64,000 nt of DNA from Octopus sinensis (GCF_006345805.1 NC_043003.1:61690001-61754000); one strand, 5' to 3'; positions 51,258 to 63,836 are shown, counted from the stretch's first letter. Program-made: numbers and translations. The notes: generated by a model from the sequence alone, not told the origin.

Positions 51258-51672
51258 GGTGTAGGCATGACTGTGTAGTATGAAGTTTGTTTCCCAACCA
51301 CATGGTTCTAGGTTCAGTCCCACTACATAGTACCTTGGACATGTGCCTTCTACAATAGCATTGGGCCAACCAAAGCCTTGTGAGTGGATTTGGTAGACGG
51401 AAACTGAAAGAAGCCTGTCATATATGATATACACGTGCACATGTGTGTATGTGTGTGTGTCTTTGTGTCTGTATTTGTTCCCCATCACTGATTGACAACT
51501 GGTACTGGCGTTTTTACACTCCCCATAACTTAGAGGGCTGGCAAAACAGACCAACAAAATAAGTACCGGGCTTAAAAAAAGCACTGGGGGTCAAATCGTT
51601 CAGCTAAGATTCTTCAAGGCAGTGCCCCAGCATGGCCAGTCTAATGACTAAAACGAGTAAAAGATGAAAGAT
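51258..51672 (+). mobile_element. Head+tail A SINE, full length
   Basis: Matches the family consensus. Confidence 0.85.
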
Positions 51673-51897
51673 AAATATATGTATTTCTGTGCATTTATGT
51701 CTCCCGGTTTTAACATCATGTAATAGTTATAAGCAAGCATCAACCTCATTCAAACACTGTCCCTTTTTCTCCAGTATCTTCCATGAAAATATGTCCAACA
51801 TGGAAAGAGGGGGCAGTGGTGAGAGTAAGGGCATCTGGTCATTGAAAATATGCCTCAACAAATCCAGGCTGACGACGACGACGAGGATGATGATGAT

Positions 51898-51928
<31 letters not shown>

Positions 51929-52550
51929 AGGAAGAGGAGGGGATTGTAGTAGAATTTGGAAGGAAAATTTCACTTCTTCCTCTGAGCTTTCTGACTTCAT
52001 TTCTTTTCCTGTCCTCTACTGGTATTTTCCCCACTGTGAATAGTTCTGGTTAAAAGTATTTGATAACTCAATATACAACACACAGTTTGCATTTTCACTC
52101 ATTTCATTCAGAAAAACCCAGTTTATAAAAATAAGCAATTCGTATACCAACTCTAATAACATCTATTTATGAACCAACAAGAAGCAAGTCTCATCATGTT
52201 CACTTGACCCACTAGAAATAACTGCCAAATTTCCCTCAACTAACACCCTAATATCTTAAATAAGAAAAGGATATATTATACAATGTAGTCATAGATACCC
52301 ACCTGCAAAAATGAAAAAAATCAGAAATGGAATAATCACAGCTGGAAAACCTTTGATCATATGTCTATTCAATCAGAACTGTCTTAAGGCTAAGCAACGA
52401 CAACTTTAGGCATTTCTTCTCTTTCTTCGATATACACCAATTGTTCCCCAAGATGAGCTGCAAGACAAGTAAGTCACTGCATGTTGTCTGTCATTCATTA
52501 GAGTTTTAACAACAGCACAATGCCTCTGGTCTCTACATATATTAATAGTT

Positions 52551-52934
52551 GTGGAGGCGCAATGGCCCAGTGGTTAGGGCAGTGGACTCGCGGTCATAGG
52601 ATCACGGTTTTGATTCCCAGACCGGGCGTTGTGAGTGTTTATTGAGCGAAAACACCTAAAAGCTCCACGAGGCTCCAGCAGGGATGGTGGTGAACCCTGC
52701 TGTACTCTTTCACCACAACTTTCTCTCACTCTTACTTCCTGTTTCTGTTGTACCTGTATTTCAAAGGGCCGGCCTTGCCACTCTCTGTGTCACGCTGAAT
52801 ATCCCCGAGAACTACATTAAGGGTACACGTGTCTGTGGAGTGCTCAGCCACTTACATGTTAATTTCACGAGCAGGCTGTTCCGTTGATTCGGATCTACCG
52901 GAACCCTCGTCGTCGTAACCGACGGAGTGCTTCC
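52551..52934 (+). mobile_element. Full-length tRNA-Arg-like SINE with 12-bp TSD
   Basis: TSD atattaatagtt at 52539-52550 and 52935-52946; head gtggaggcgcaatggcccagtggttaggg. Confidence 0.9.
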
Positions 52935-53380
52935 ATATTAATAGTTATATATATGTTCATTATGTGACTATGTTAATTAACATGTTTATCTAAATCTGCA
53001 TGTTTCTTGGAGTGCAGAGCTATTTTGATAATATACACATGGTTGTGGTGAACAAATATAAATCTGATATATTTTTGGTCTATACATGCAAATATTTGTA
53101 TGTAGACATGCGAATCTGCACAGGTATGTATAATTATTTGTATCTATATTCCTGTGTATTGTGTTGATGAAGGAAAATAGGTCTTTTTTTGACTTTAATC
53201 CAAAAATTGGAACCAATTCACAGTTAACATAAAATATTTTTAGTGTTTTTTCACTTGCCCGACTACTACTTGTGTCTATGGAATTATTTGGAAGTTTCTT
53301 AGTGCCTTGGAATTTATTTCAAGTATGTAGGAGACAGGTTGTTTCGTCCTGCTCCCTTAATATAATTATATATGTGTATG

Positions 53381-53415
<35 letters not shown>

Positions 53416-53422
53416 GCTTTTG

Positions 53423-53458
<36 letters not shown>

Positions 53459-53749
53459 TGCCATATTTTATAATCCTGTAAATAATAATAATGGTATTTA
53501 TATAAGTTTAATGCTTATGGCAGTCACCATGCAATGACTAAGGAAAATAGTCTAATAAAGGGGCATATAAGCCCTCAACAGAAAAAAGAAGGCTTTCCTA
53601 TCTGTGTGGGACTCAAACCCATGTCCATTTGTTAACGCGACTAAGTGTGTTACCTTATATAAATATCATTCCAAAGGTATTCATTTCTATATATTTAAAT
53701 ACTTTCCAAAATAAACATCATTTTCATGACTTCAAGGAAACAATAAGAT

Positions 53750-54720
53750 GTTGCACAAATACTTAGATTTGAGTGCAATTTCTTATAAAGCAGAAACAGC
53801 TGTAAGCTAATAAAGTTGATAAGATAATTCCTGTTCCTTTGTCATTCAATGATTTTATCAACTGGTTATCTAAATATTTCTGGATGACAAGTACCATTAA
53901 CAATGTTTTGGAATGCCACTGTTGCTTTGAAGGCTTTCTATAGCTGGCAAGATTTTATGTTTATCTGGTACGGTATTTTCTGATCAGGCATTTATTACAA
54001 GAAACAACTAAACTGATTATAAAGGATAGCGTGTCTCACTTCAACATGTACTCCCTCTAGACAATACAATAGATATGCATTGACGACAGCAATAGCATGA
54101 TCTTGAAACATATTAGGGAAAAATCTTTATGCATATTCCAATTTCTATAGAGAGTATTCAGATTTTGGATACCAAATGGATCATCTATCATTGTCTTTGT
54201 ATAACTAATTCATACAAGTGAAGCTCACTCCTTTTGTGAAGAATTTCTGCATAAATGTGGCAGTCAATCAATATTGTTATCTGTGTCAATCATATTGCCA
54301 TCATTCCAGATGAAAAGCATGTGGGTATGAGGCAATCCGTGTTTTGGGAATTCAATAATGTGTACAAATGTTGTTACTTTCTCATACCCAGGAAGCAATA
54401 TGGACAGTAAATCATAGTGATGAACAAATCCAGCTTACCAAATTTAATGATAATGGCCATCACATTTTATCACACAATGTTACTTAACACATTTTCTGAT
54501 CTACAAATCCATTAAGGTGATCTATCATTCCTCTATGTTGCCCAACACTTAACCAATACTTTAAAAACTTCAGATTATTGGCTTCAGCCAGCAAGTGTTT
54601 ATACACTGTCCACCACTAGAATAATTTTCCACTACACAATGGCACTAATACTCAAACCCTCATTGCTGTTTGTGCAAACTTCTCTTGTAACAAGGATATG
54701 TGAGATGTTTTTCATGGAGA
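53750..54720 (-). pseudogene. Helitron RepHel (Rep domain) relic
   Basis: AEANNLKFL..QHRGMIDHL (54.55 kb), MAIIIKFGKLDLFITM (motif 1, ~54413-54460), IIEFPKHGLPHTHML (HUH motif, 54315-54360), IYAEI, C.KIFP. Confidence 0.8.
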
Positions 54721-55469
54721 ATTGGTTATTGCTCTTAAATAAGCTGTTGGTTATTAATGTTATTAACCCCTACATCAATCCTTTTCAAGTAAATCTATAA
54801 TTAAAAGTATTCAAACTATGGAATACCTTATCTTTTTCTCAGGCTGCATATTTAAAATTATATTATCAATTATAACCTATCTTCTTTAAAATAGTTAAGA
54901 AAGACTTTTTTAATACATAAAAAGAGTGATTTGGGAAAGATTTGAGTGCTATTTCTAGCAAGTCAAATGATTACATGAGAGGTTCTCTTGTCAGCAAATC
55001 ACTGAGGCTGCTTTGCATGTCTAGTTATCATCTATGTCACCCATGAAAATAGAATGACATAAATTATTCTCTTTAAATGAGAAACGAACATTTTTCAGTG
55101 TAAAGAGCCAATATCACTGCAGTCATGTTGAAATATTGTCTCTTTATTCACAGACCATAATATCGGTCACTTAATCCTGTCACTGATTCATTTAATATAT
55201 CTACTGTACAGTATGTATCCGTTCTCACCATCAAAGAGGAAATAGCATTTTGAAGACTGTCATTTTCTCTCACTTTCACCTTTCTTTATACTAAAGGACC
55301 CTATTTCATACTAGCGATATATCTACCTATCGATCATTTACCATTTTCTGTTTATATCTGTCTCGTGTATCACTAAATATTTATTTAGCACCACATGCAA
55401 GGAAATAAATAAACCACACACACACAGGTTTGTCATTGTTCTACATCAATTAAAAACAGTGAGATGGCC

Positions 55470-55660
55470 AAAGAGTTTACTGTGCTATACAAAATGTTTA
55501 GCAGGATTTTTTTCTGGCTTTATGTTCTGAGTTCAAATTCCACTGTGGTCAACCTTGCTTGTCACCCTTTCAGGGTTGATAAAATAAGTGCCAGTTGAAC
55601 ACTGAGGTCAAAGTAATTGATTAGCCTTGCCCTCCAAAATTTCAGGCCTTGTTCCTATAA
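55470..55660 (+). mobile_element. Meta-domain-like SINE, diverged
   Basis: gagttcaaattcc..ggtcaaccttgcttgtcacccttt cagggttgataaaataagt. Confidence 0.7.
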
Positions 55661-55829
55661 GACTCATCAACTCATCCATATTATGAGCAAGATCGAATCA
55701 CAAATCTGGATATCTGTACATCACTTATTGAAACAAGTATTGCTATATATGTCTGTCCATGCAATGCAGAAATGAGTTAGCTCTAACTCTACTATTGGAT
55801 AAATCTGAGAGTGATATGTTCTCAGACCA

Positions 55830-56190
55830 TCACCATCATCACAATTTAACATCTATTTTCTATAGTTTGAATAGTTTTACAGGAGTTGGCAAGGCTGGGA
55901 GCTATATCAGGCTTCGTTGTCTGCTTTGGCATGGTTTCTATGGCCAGATACCCTTCCTAACACCAAGCACTTTACAGAGTGTACTGGATGCTTTTTACAT
56001 GGTACCAGCACTGGTGCTTTTCATGAGGCACTAGCACCAGGGATTTTTACATGGTACCAGCACCAGTACCATTTGCATGGCACCAGCACCAGTGCTTTTT
56101 ACATGGCACCAGCACCGGTGCTTTTTATGAGGGACCACCGCCAACAAGGTCACCAAGTACTCTGCAAGACAAAAACAAGGGTCAACAAAC
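55830..56190 (-). mobile_element. Old RTE-type 3' UTR with ~25-bp diverged repeats
   Basis: ggcatggtttctatggccagatacccttcctaacacc..; atgg(c/t)accagcacc units. Confidence 0.55.
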
Positions 56191-56929
56191 ATACATTATT
56201 GTACATTTACTTAATGTTTCTCTCAGAACTATTTTTGCTTCACTGAGGAGATCTAGTAGGACCAAAATAAGTCCAGAGTTTTCTTCCAGACTTACCAAAA
56301 TTCTCAGAGCAAAGTTGGCCAATAACTACCTTATTATTTCATTTATTTATTTTTCTTTCTTGAATAATTATGTCTAATTGAAAGCATGGTTTAGGGTTCA
56401 GTTCCACTGTATGGCACTTAGGCTAGTGTCTTATCCTATAGCCCCAGGCTAACTAAGGCCTTTTGAGTGGATTTGGTAAAAGATGGAAATTGAAAGAAGC
56501 CTGTCATATATACATATCTAATACAATAAGTGTAGAAACTAATTTCTATGTGTCAGTGTGTCACACTTTGCGCCCCTCTCTCACTATTCAATGACACTTC
56601 TACTATTCCTCATGTTGGGGTGAGAGTAATAGTAGGCATAGAGATGGTGAGGGCAGTGGTGAAGACAGAGAGAGAGAGAGAGAGAAAAGAAAAAGAAAGG
56701 GAGAGAAAGTGAGAAATTTAGGGAAAGTTGATGTTTTATTAAAAGTAGTAGTGTTGATGGTAGCAGTGGGAGTAATAAGAGAGAGAGAAAGAGTGGGTAT
56801 GTGAGAGAAAGAGGGAGGTGATGTACAACATTGTTTAACCATGTCTCTTTCACAGAAATTCCTGTCGCCAGTATACTGAACACTATCATTTTTGTTTTAA
56901 TTTTTACATTCTTTGATACATATACATAC

Positions 56930-56995
<66 letters not shown>

Positions 56996-57409
56996 TGTCT
57001 CTGACCCAATATTTATAACATGAGACTCATCCCTATAACAATGGGTTTTATTTTTCTAATTTGTAAATATTGTACTTAATGTTTGTTCATGCAAAAACAT
57101 GAAATTAAAAGAAACCTGACTTTATTTTTCAATATAAAACATCGAAATTACAGTGTAGGCTAAACACATGAACTCATAGGCACACGTATGCACACACTCT
57201 CACACACACACACACTATCTTCTTTCTTGCTTTTAGTGATGACTGCACCCCATCTTTTTTTCATTATTTTCCCCATCCTAAAAGAGGCCACCATCCTTGA
57301 ATTAATGTCTCATCCCAGTAGCTATACAATGGTAAAAAAACTAACTAAATAAATAAATGGTAAAAAACATTCCAAACTGAAAAGAAATACCTCCCTCTCT
57401 CTACCTATT

Positions 57410-57411
57410 TA

Positions 57412-57490
<79 letters not shown>

Positions 57491-57540
57491 GTCTATCTAT
57501 CTATGTATCCATCTACTTATCGATCCATCTATCTATCTCC
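57410..57540. repeat. (TCTG)n(TCTA)n
   Basis: Read directly from the sequence. Confidence 0.92.
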
Positions 57541-58044
57541 ATAGTCCTGGAACCTAACCCCTCCAAAAAACAAAAAAAAAACAAAAAAACAAAGTTCTCC
57601 TCTTCTAAACAAAAAAAAACCTGATTTATCTAAATGAACAAACTGTTTGCACATTCACAATTTTATTTGACAAGTTTGAAGATGAAGCACTAATAATAAT
57701 AATGACTAAATAAAATAAATATTTTTCCAAAATTCTGGCGACCTCCTCTTTTCTCAATATTCAATATCTATACACTACTTCTAACACTCTATATATACAT
57801 AAACACACACACACTTCTATACAAAATACACTTTAATTGAAATGATGTTTTCCCAAAATTAACCACATCTAATATAATAAATGTGAATGTCAGTGCGTTA
57901 CACTTTTACAACTTTACTTCTAGAGGCTGTAGCCCAAAATTCATACTATTTTGGAAAGTAAATTAAAAACAGCCTGGGCTGAATCCGTACCCACAATCCT
58001 GGAAATTTTGGATTCCCAAGTTAGCAGTATTTCTTTTCTTTTAT

Positions 58045-58441
58045 TCTTTTACTTGTTTCAGTCATTTGACTGCGGCCATGCTGGAGCACCGCCTTTAATC
58101 GAGCAACTCGACCCCGGGACTTATTCTTTTGTAAGCCCAGTACTTATTCTATCGGTCTCTTTTGCCGAACCGCTAGGTAACGGGGACATAAACACACCAG
58201 CATCGGTTGTCAAGCAATGCTAGGAGGACAAACACAGACACAAACACACACATGCATATATATATATACACATATGTACGACAGGCTTCTTTCAGTTTCC
58301 GTCTACCAAATCCACTCATAAGGCTTTGGTCGGCCCGAGGCTATAGTAGAAGACACTTGCCCAAGGTGCCACGCAGTGGGACTGAACCCGGAACCATGTG
58401 GTTGGTAAACAAGCTACCTACCACACAGCCACTCCTGCGCC
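58045..58441 (-). mobile_element. Head+tail A SINE, full length, close to consensus
   Basis: Matches the family consensus. Confidence 0.92.
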
Positions 58442-58822
58442 TATAGTGATTATTTGCAGCAACTTTTTTACATGATTTTTTTGTGACAAATTTTTTTGTA
58501 CGATAACAATTTTTACAATCTAAAGGCCAACTGTGAGTAAATTAAAAACATTCCAGGCCAAATCCGGACCTGCAATCCTGAAGTTTGGATTCCTATGTTT
58601 TCATTACTGTGATTGCTTCGGGCAATTTTTTTATGTGATTATTTTTGTGACAAATACGATCACCATTGGATATATGACTATGAAGGAAGCATTTGAAACA
58701 AGTTCTCCAAAACAAGTCAGAGATCTGTTTGCAGATCTTCCCATTTGGATCAGTTTCTTAAAAGCTATATACTAGCTTAAAGGCCACCCAACAGGGCAGC
58801 TTTTAAGCTCGTAAATATATAT

Positions 58823-58902
<80 letters not shown>

Positions 58903-58910
<8 letters not shown>

Positions 58911-59490
58911 GAAAAGAATGGAGTCGAACGAAGATTTTAACAAAATTCCTTTACTTTCGACATATGTTTCGAAGACTGCATACTCTTAATTCTGAAGGAA
59001 TGAAGGTTGCATTATGCCGTCTTCTCATCAGGAAATACAAGGAACCTCTATCAGCCTCACGACGAACAAAAGCTTCTTAATGACTGCCTACATGGTTTCC
59101 ACTGTGAAAATCTTCTTAATGACTGCCTACATGGTTTCCACTGTGGAAACCATGTAGGCAGTCATTAAGAAGCTTTTGTTTGTCTTGAGGCTGATAGAGG
59201 TTCCTTGTATTTCCTGATGAGAAGACGGCATCATGCAACCTTCATTCCTTCGGAATTAAGAGTATGCAGTCTTCGAAACATATGTCAAGAGTAAAGGAAT
59301 TTTGTTAAAATCTTCGTTTGACTCCATTCTTTTCATTTATTCATATAAAAAAACACACAAATTTCCACACACGAACACAGGGTTCTGCCCTTGGCATCTA
59401 ACTTCAACCGTGTTTTACTGACGTGAATTTGCTACCCAGGTATCGATTAACCGAATTATACATACTAGGATAATTCATTCATCTACTTAA
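58903..59490. mobile_element. Fold-back element 3 with an HHR in each arm plus a unique right extension
   Basis: Inverted arms span ~58903-59343; unique 59345-59490; (TA)n on both sides. Confidence 0.88.
58946..59044 (-). ncRNA. Intact type I hammerhead ribozyme (mirror copy at 59201-59299, plus)
   Basis: ttccttgtatttc CTGATGA gaagac..gtcttc GAAA catatg TC gaaagtaaaggaa; stem I 4 bp + 3x3 loop + 6 bp; GUC site between 58959 and 58958. Confidence 0.85.
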
Positions 59491-59511
59491 ATATATATAT
59501 ATATATATATA

Positions 59512-61640
59512 TCATCATCATCATCATCATCATCATCAATTAACGTCCGCTTTCCATGCTAGCATGGGTTGGACGGTTCAACTGGGGTCTGGGGAGCCCG
59601 AAAGCTGCACCAGTCCAGTCAGATCTGGCAGTGTTTCTACAGCTGGATGCCCTTCCTAACGCCAACCACTCCGAGAGTGTAGTGGGTGATTTTATGTGCC
59701 ACCGACACAGGTGCCAGACGAGGCTGGCAAACGGCCACGCTCGGATGGTGTTTTTTATGTGCCACCGACCACAGGTGCCAGACGAGGCTGGCAGACGGCC
59801 ACGCTCGGATGGTTTTTTTATGTGCCACCGACACAGGTGCCAGACGAGGCTGGCAGACGGCCACGCTCGGATGGTGTTTTTATGTGCCACCGACACAGGT
59901 GCCAGACAGGCTGGCAGACGGCCACGCTCGGATGGTTTTTTATGAGGCTGGCAAACGGCCACGATCGGATGGTGCTTGTTACGTGCCCACAGCACGAGGC
60001 CAGTCGATGCGGTACTGGCTACGGCCACGTTCGGATGGTTTTCTTGTGTGCCACAGGCACTGGTACCACAAAGATACAAATTCCATTGATGTTCATCTAT
60101 TTTGATTGATTTTCACTTGCCTCAGCAGGTCTTCACAAGTGTCACAAGAAGGAAGGTATGCCACAGGTGGATCGACTACGTCCAGGTAGGGGCCACGGGA
60201 TATGGCCTGACTAGTCCTGCCGGGTCCTCTCATGCACAGCACACTTCCATAGGACTCGGTCTTCAGTCATTTCCTTGGTGAGACCTAAAGTTCGAAGGTC
60301 GTGCTGCTTCACCACCTCGTCCCAGGTTTTCCTGGGTCTACCTCTTCCACAGGTTCCCTCAACTGCTAGGGTGTAGCACTTTTGCACACAACTATCTTCA
60401 GCCATTCTCGTCACATGACCATACCAGCGCAGCCGTCTCTCTTGCACACCACAACTGACACTTCTTAGGTTCAACTTTTCTCTCAAAGTACTTACACTCT
60501 GACGATTATGAACACTGACATTACACATCCATCGGAGCATACTGGCTTCATTCTTGCAAGCTTACGCATATCCTCAGCTGTCACGGCCCATGTTTCACTA
60601 CCATGTAGCATGTAGCATGGCTGTACGTACACACGCATCATATAGTCTGCCTTTTACTCTTAGCGAGAGACCTTTTGTCACCAGCAGGGGGGTAGAGCTC
60701 TCTAAACTTTGCCCAGGCTATTCTTACTCTAGCAGTTACGCTTTCAGCACCCCACCCCCGCTACTGACTTGGTCTCCTAGGTAGCGGAAGCTATCAACTA
60801 CTTCTAGTTTGTCTCCCTGGAACGTGGTAGAAGTTGGACTCTGCACATTTCCAGTGTTTATTTCTCCTGAGCATCTGCCACAGACAAAAACTATTTTCTT
60901 AGTTAGCCTTCCCTTGACATTGCTGCACCTCTTATGTGTCCATAGCTTACACTTGGTGCACCTTATAGAGTTTCTACCACACCCTTTTACAGATCGAGCA
61001 GGGCCATCTACCTGAAGTCGTTTGTGGTTGGTCCACCTTCCTACTTATTAGGACTTTGGTTTTGGCTAGGTTGATTCTAAGGCCCTTCGATTCTAATCCT
61101 TGTTTCCACACCTGAAACTTCTCCTCCAGTTCTGATAGTGACTCAGCAATTAGAGCAAGGTCATCAGCATAGAGGAGCTCCCAGGGGCATCCTGTCTTAA
61201 ATTCTTCCGTTATTGCCTGGAGGACTATGATAAATAGGAGGGGGCTGAGGACTGAACCTTGGTGGACCCCAACCTCTACCCGGAATTCTTCACTGTACTC
61301 GTTGCCAACCCTCACCTTACTAGCTGCGTCTCTGTAACATGGCTCGCACAGCTCTCACTAACCATTCATCTATCCCTAGTTTCCTCATTGACCACCAGAT
61401 AAGGGATCGGGGGACCCTGTCAAAGGCTTTCTCTAAGTCAACAAAAAGCCAGGTACAAGGGCTTACCTTTGGCTAGGTATTTCTCCTGCAGCTGTCTTAC
61501 CAGGAATATAGCATCAGTAGTACTTTTCCCTGGCACGAACCCAAACTGCATATCATAAGCTAACTCTCTCTCTAATTAACTGGGCTATAACCCTCTCCGT
61601 AACCTTCATTACCTGATCCAACAGCTTGATGCCTCTGTAG

Positions 61641-61642
<2 letters not shown>
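59512..61642 (-). mobile_element. 5'-truncated RTE-clade LINE (RT, PHD-type finger, 3' UTR VNTR, CAT tail); frameshifted
   Basis: NYRGIKLL, QFGF, FVDLEKAFDRVP, GVHQGSVLSPLLF, YADDL, FRYLG, LRWYGHV motifs. Confidence 0.95.
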
Positions 61643-61691
<49 letters not shown>

Positions 61692-61742
61692 TATATAATA
61701 TAAATATAATATATATATAAATATAAATATATATATATATAC

Positions 61743-61775
<33 letters not shown>

Positions 61776-61800
61776 TATAAATATAAATATAAAAATAAAT
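61643..61800. repeat. (TA)n/(TAAA) tract at the RTE 5' truncation
   Basis: Read directly from the sequence. Confidence 0.9.
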
Positions 61801-62373
61801 ATAAGAGAGTGGTCACTATGTGGCTCACTCTAGCACTAGTAAATCCAAAAGGTTTCAACCACAAAAATACATGTTTCCCATGAAAGTCAGTACGATTGTT
61901 AGCTCACACGAACAGGGCAAATAAAAAATAACAAAAATACAGATTATTTTGGGACAATTGTTTCGCTATTAATGAATTAAATGTAATTTTACTCACAAAA
62001 ACTCACTTGTAGCTCCTCAGCCAAAACTATCTGGATGAAATCCACTCAATCACACGCCAGATTTTACCATAACGATAAATACACGTGTGGTTCAATTGAT
62101 TACATCCGACGTTATAATTCAAATGCCCCTACCAACAGCGCGCCAAACTTTCACGGAAACAAATACTACATTTAGAAATAAATGTAGCATAATTATAATT
62201 AATTAATAAGGGTGAGAGAATTAGATACTAATTTAATAGTATACCTATTCAACACCAAGTGGCCCGTGCCCCAGAGAAACCTGGATTATTATAAAGAGAA
62301 ACATGATTTATTTATAATATTGTATAACATATTATAATATGTTATTGTAAAAAATATTATAATATATAAAATA

Positions 62374-62409
<36 letters not shown>

Positions 62410-62416
62410 TATAAAT

Positions 62417-62449
<33 letters not shown>

Positions 62450-62460
62450 AGTACTATATA

Positions 62461-62499
<39 letters not shown>

Positions 62500-62514
62500 T
62501 ATATATATATACTC

Positions 62515-62730
62515 TTTTATTCTTTTACTTGTTTCAGTCATTTGACTGCGGCCATGCTGGAGCACCGCCTTTAGTCGAGCAAATCGACCCCGGGACTTAT
62601 TCTTTGTAAGCCCAGCAGTACTTATTCTATCGATCTATTTTTGCCGAACCGCTAAGTGACGGGGACGTAAACACACCAGCATCGGTTGTCAAGCAATGCT
62701 AGGGGGACAAACACAGACACACAAACACAC
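62515..62730 (-). mobile_element. SINE tail A, close to consensus
   Basis: Matches the family consensus. Confidence 0.9.
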
Positions 62731-62737
62731 ACCATAC

Positions 62738-63497
62738 ATCATCATCATCATCATCATCATCATTTAGCGTTCGTTTCCATGCTAGCATGGGTTGGACGGT
62801 TCAACTGGGGTCTGGGGAGCCCGAAGGCTGCACCAGGCCAGTCAGATCTGGCAGTGTTTCTACAGCTGGATGCCCTCCTAACCCACGCCAACACTCCGAG
62901 AGTGTGTAGTGGGTGATTTTATGTGCCACCGACACAGGTGCCAGACGAGGCTGGCGAACGGCCACGCTCGGATGGTGTTTTTATGTGCCACCGACACAGG
63001 TGCCAGACGAGGCTGGCAGACGGCCACGCTCGGATGGTGTTTTTATGTGCCACCGACACAGGTGCCAGATGAGGCTGGCAGGTGCCAGACGAGGCTGGCA
63101 GACGGCCACGCTCGGATGGTGTTTTTATGTGCCACCGACACAGGTGCCAGATGAGGCTGGCGGACGGCCACGATCGGATGGTGTTTGTTACGTCCCCAAA
63201 GCACGGAGGCCAGTCTATGCGGTACTGGCTACGGCCACGTTCGGATGATTTTCTGTGTGCCACCGGCACTGGTACCACAAAGATACAAATTCCATTTATG
63301 TTCATCTATTTTGATTTGTTTTGATTTGATTTGATTTTCACTTGCCTCAACAGGTCTTCACAAGTGTCACTTGCCTCAACAGGTCTTCACAAGTGTCACA
63401 AGAAGGAAGGTATGCACAGGTGGACTGTCTACGTCGCCGGGTCTTCGGATGGTGTCTTTATGTGCCACCGACACAGTTGCCAGATGTGGCTGGCGAA
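62738..63497 (-). mobile_element. RTE 3' UTR copy (same subfamily as 59512) with local rearrangements
   Basis: Same VNTR unit; 29-bp duplication at 63339-63396. Confidence 0.88.
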
Positions 63498-63656
63498 CGA
63501 CAGGCTTCTTTCAGTTTCCGTTACCAAATCCACTCACAAGGCATTGGTCGGCCCGGGGCTATAGCAGAAGACACTTGCCCAAGATGCCACGCAGTGGGAC
63601 TGAACCGGAACCATGAGGTTGGTTAGCAAGCTACTTACCACACAGCCACTCCTGCG

Positions 63657-63698
<42 letters not shown>

Positions 63699-63769
63699 TA
63701 TATAATATATAATTATATATATATATTTATATATATATATATATATTTATATATATTATATATAATATA

Positions 63770-63836
<67 letters not shown>

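Noticed and set aside
51850-52053. Acidic poly-D/E protein
   Set aside because: A trinucleotide tail of a tail B element
52551-52630. tRNA-Arg gene (also at 84 and 1340)
   Set aside because: No proper acceptor stem, and it continues into a SINE body with a TSD
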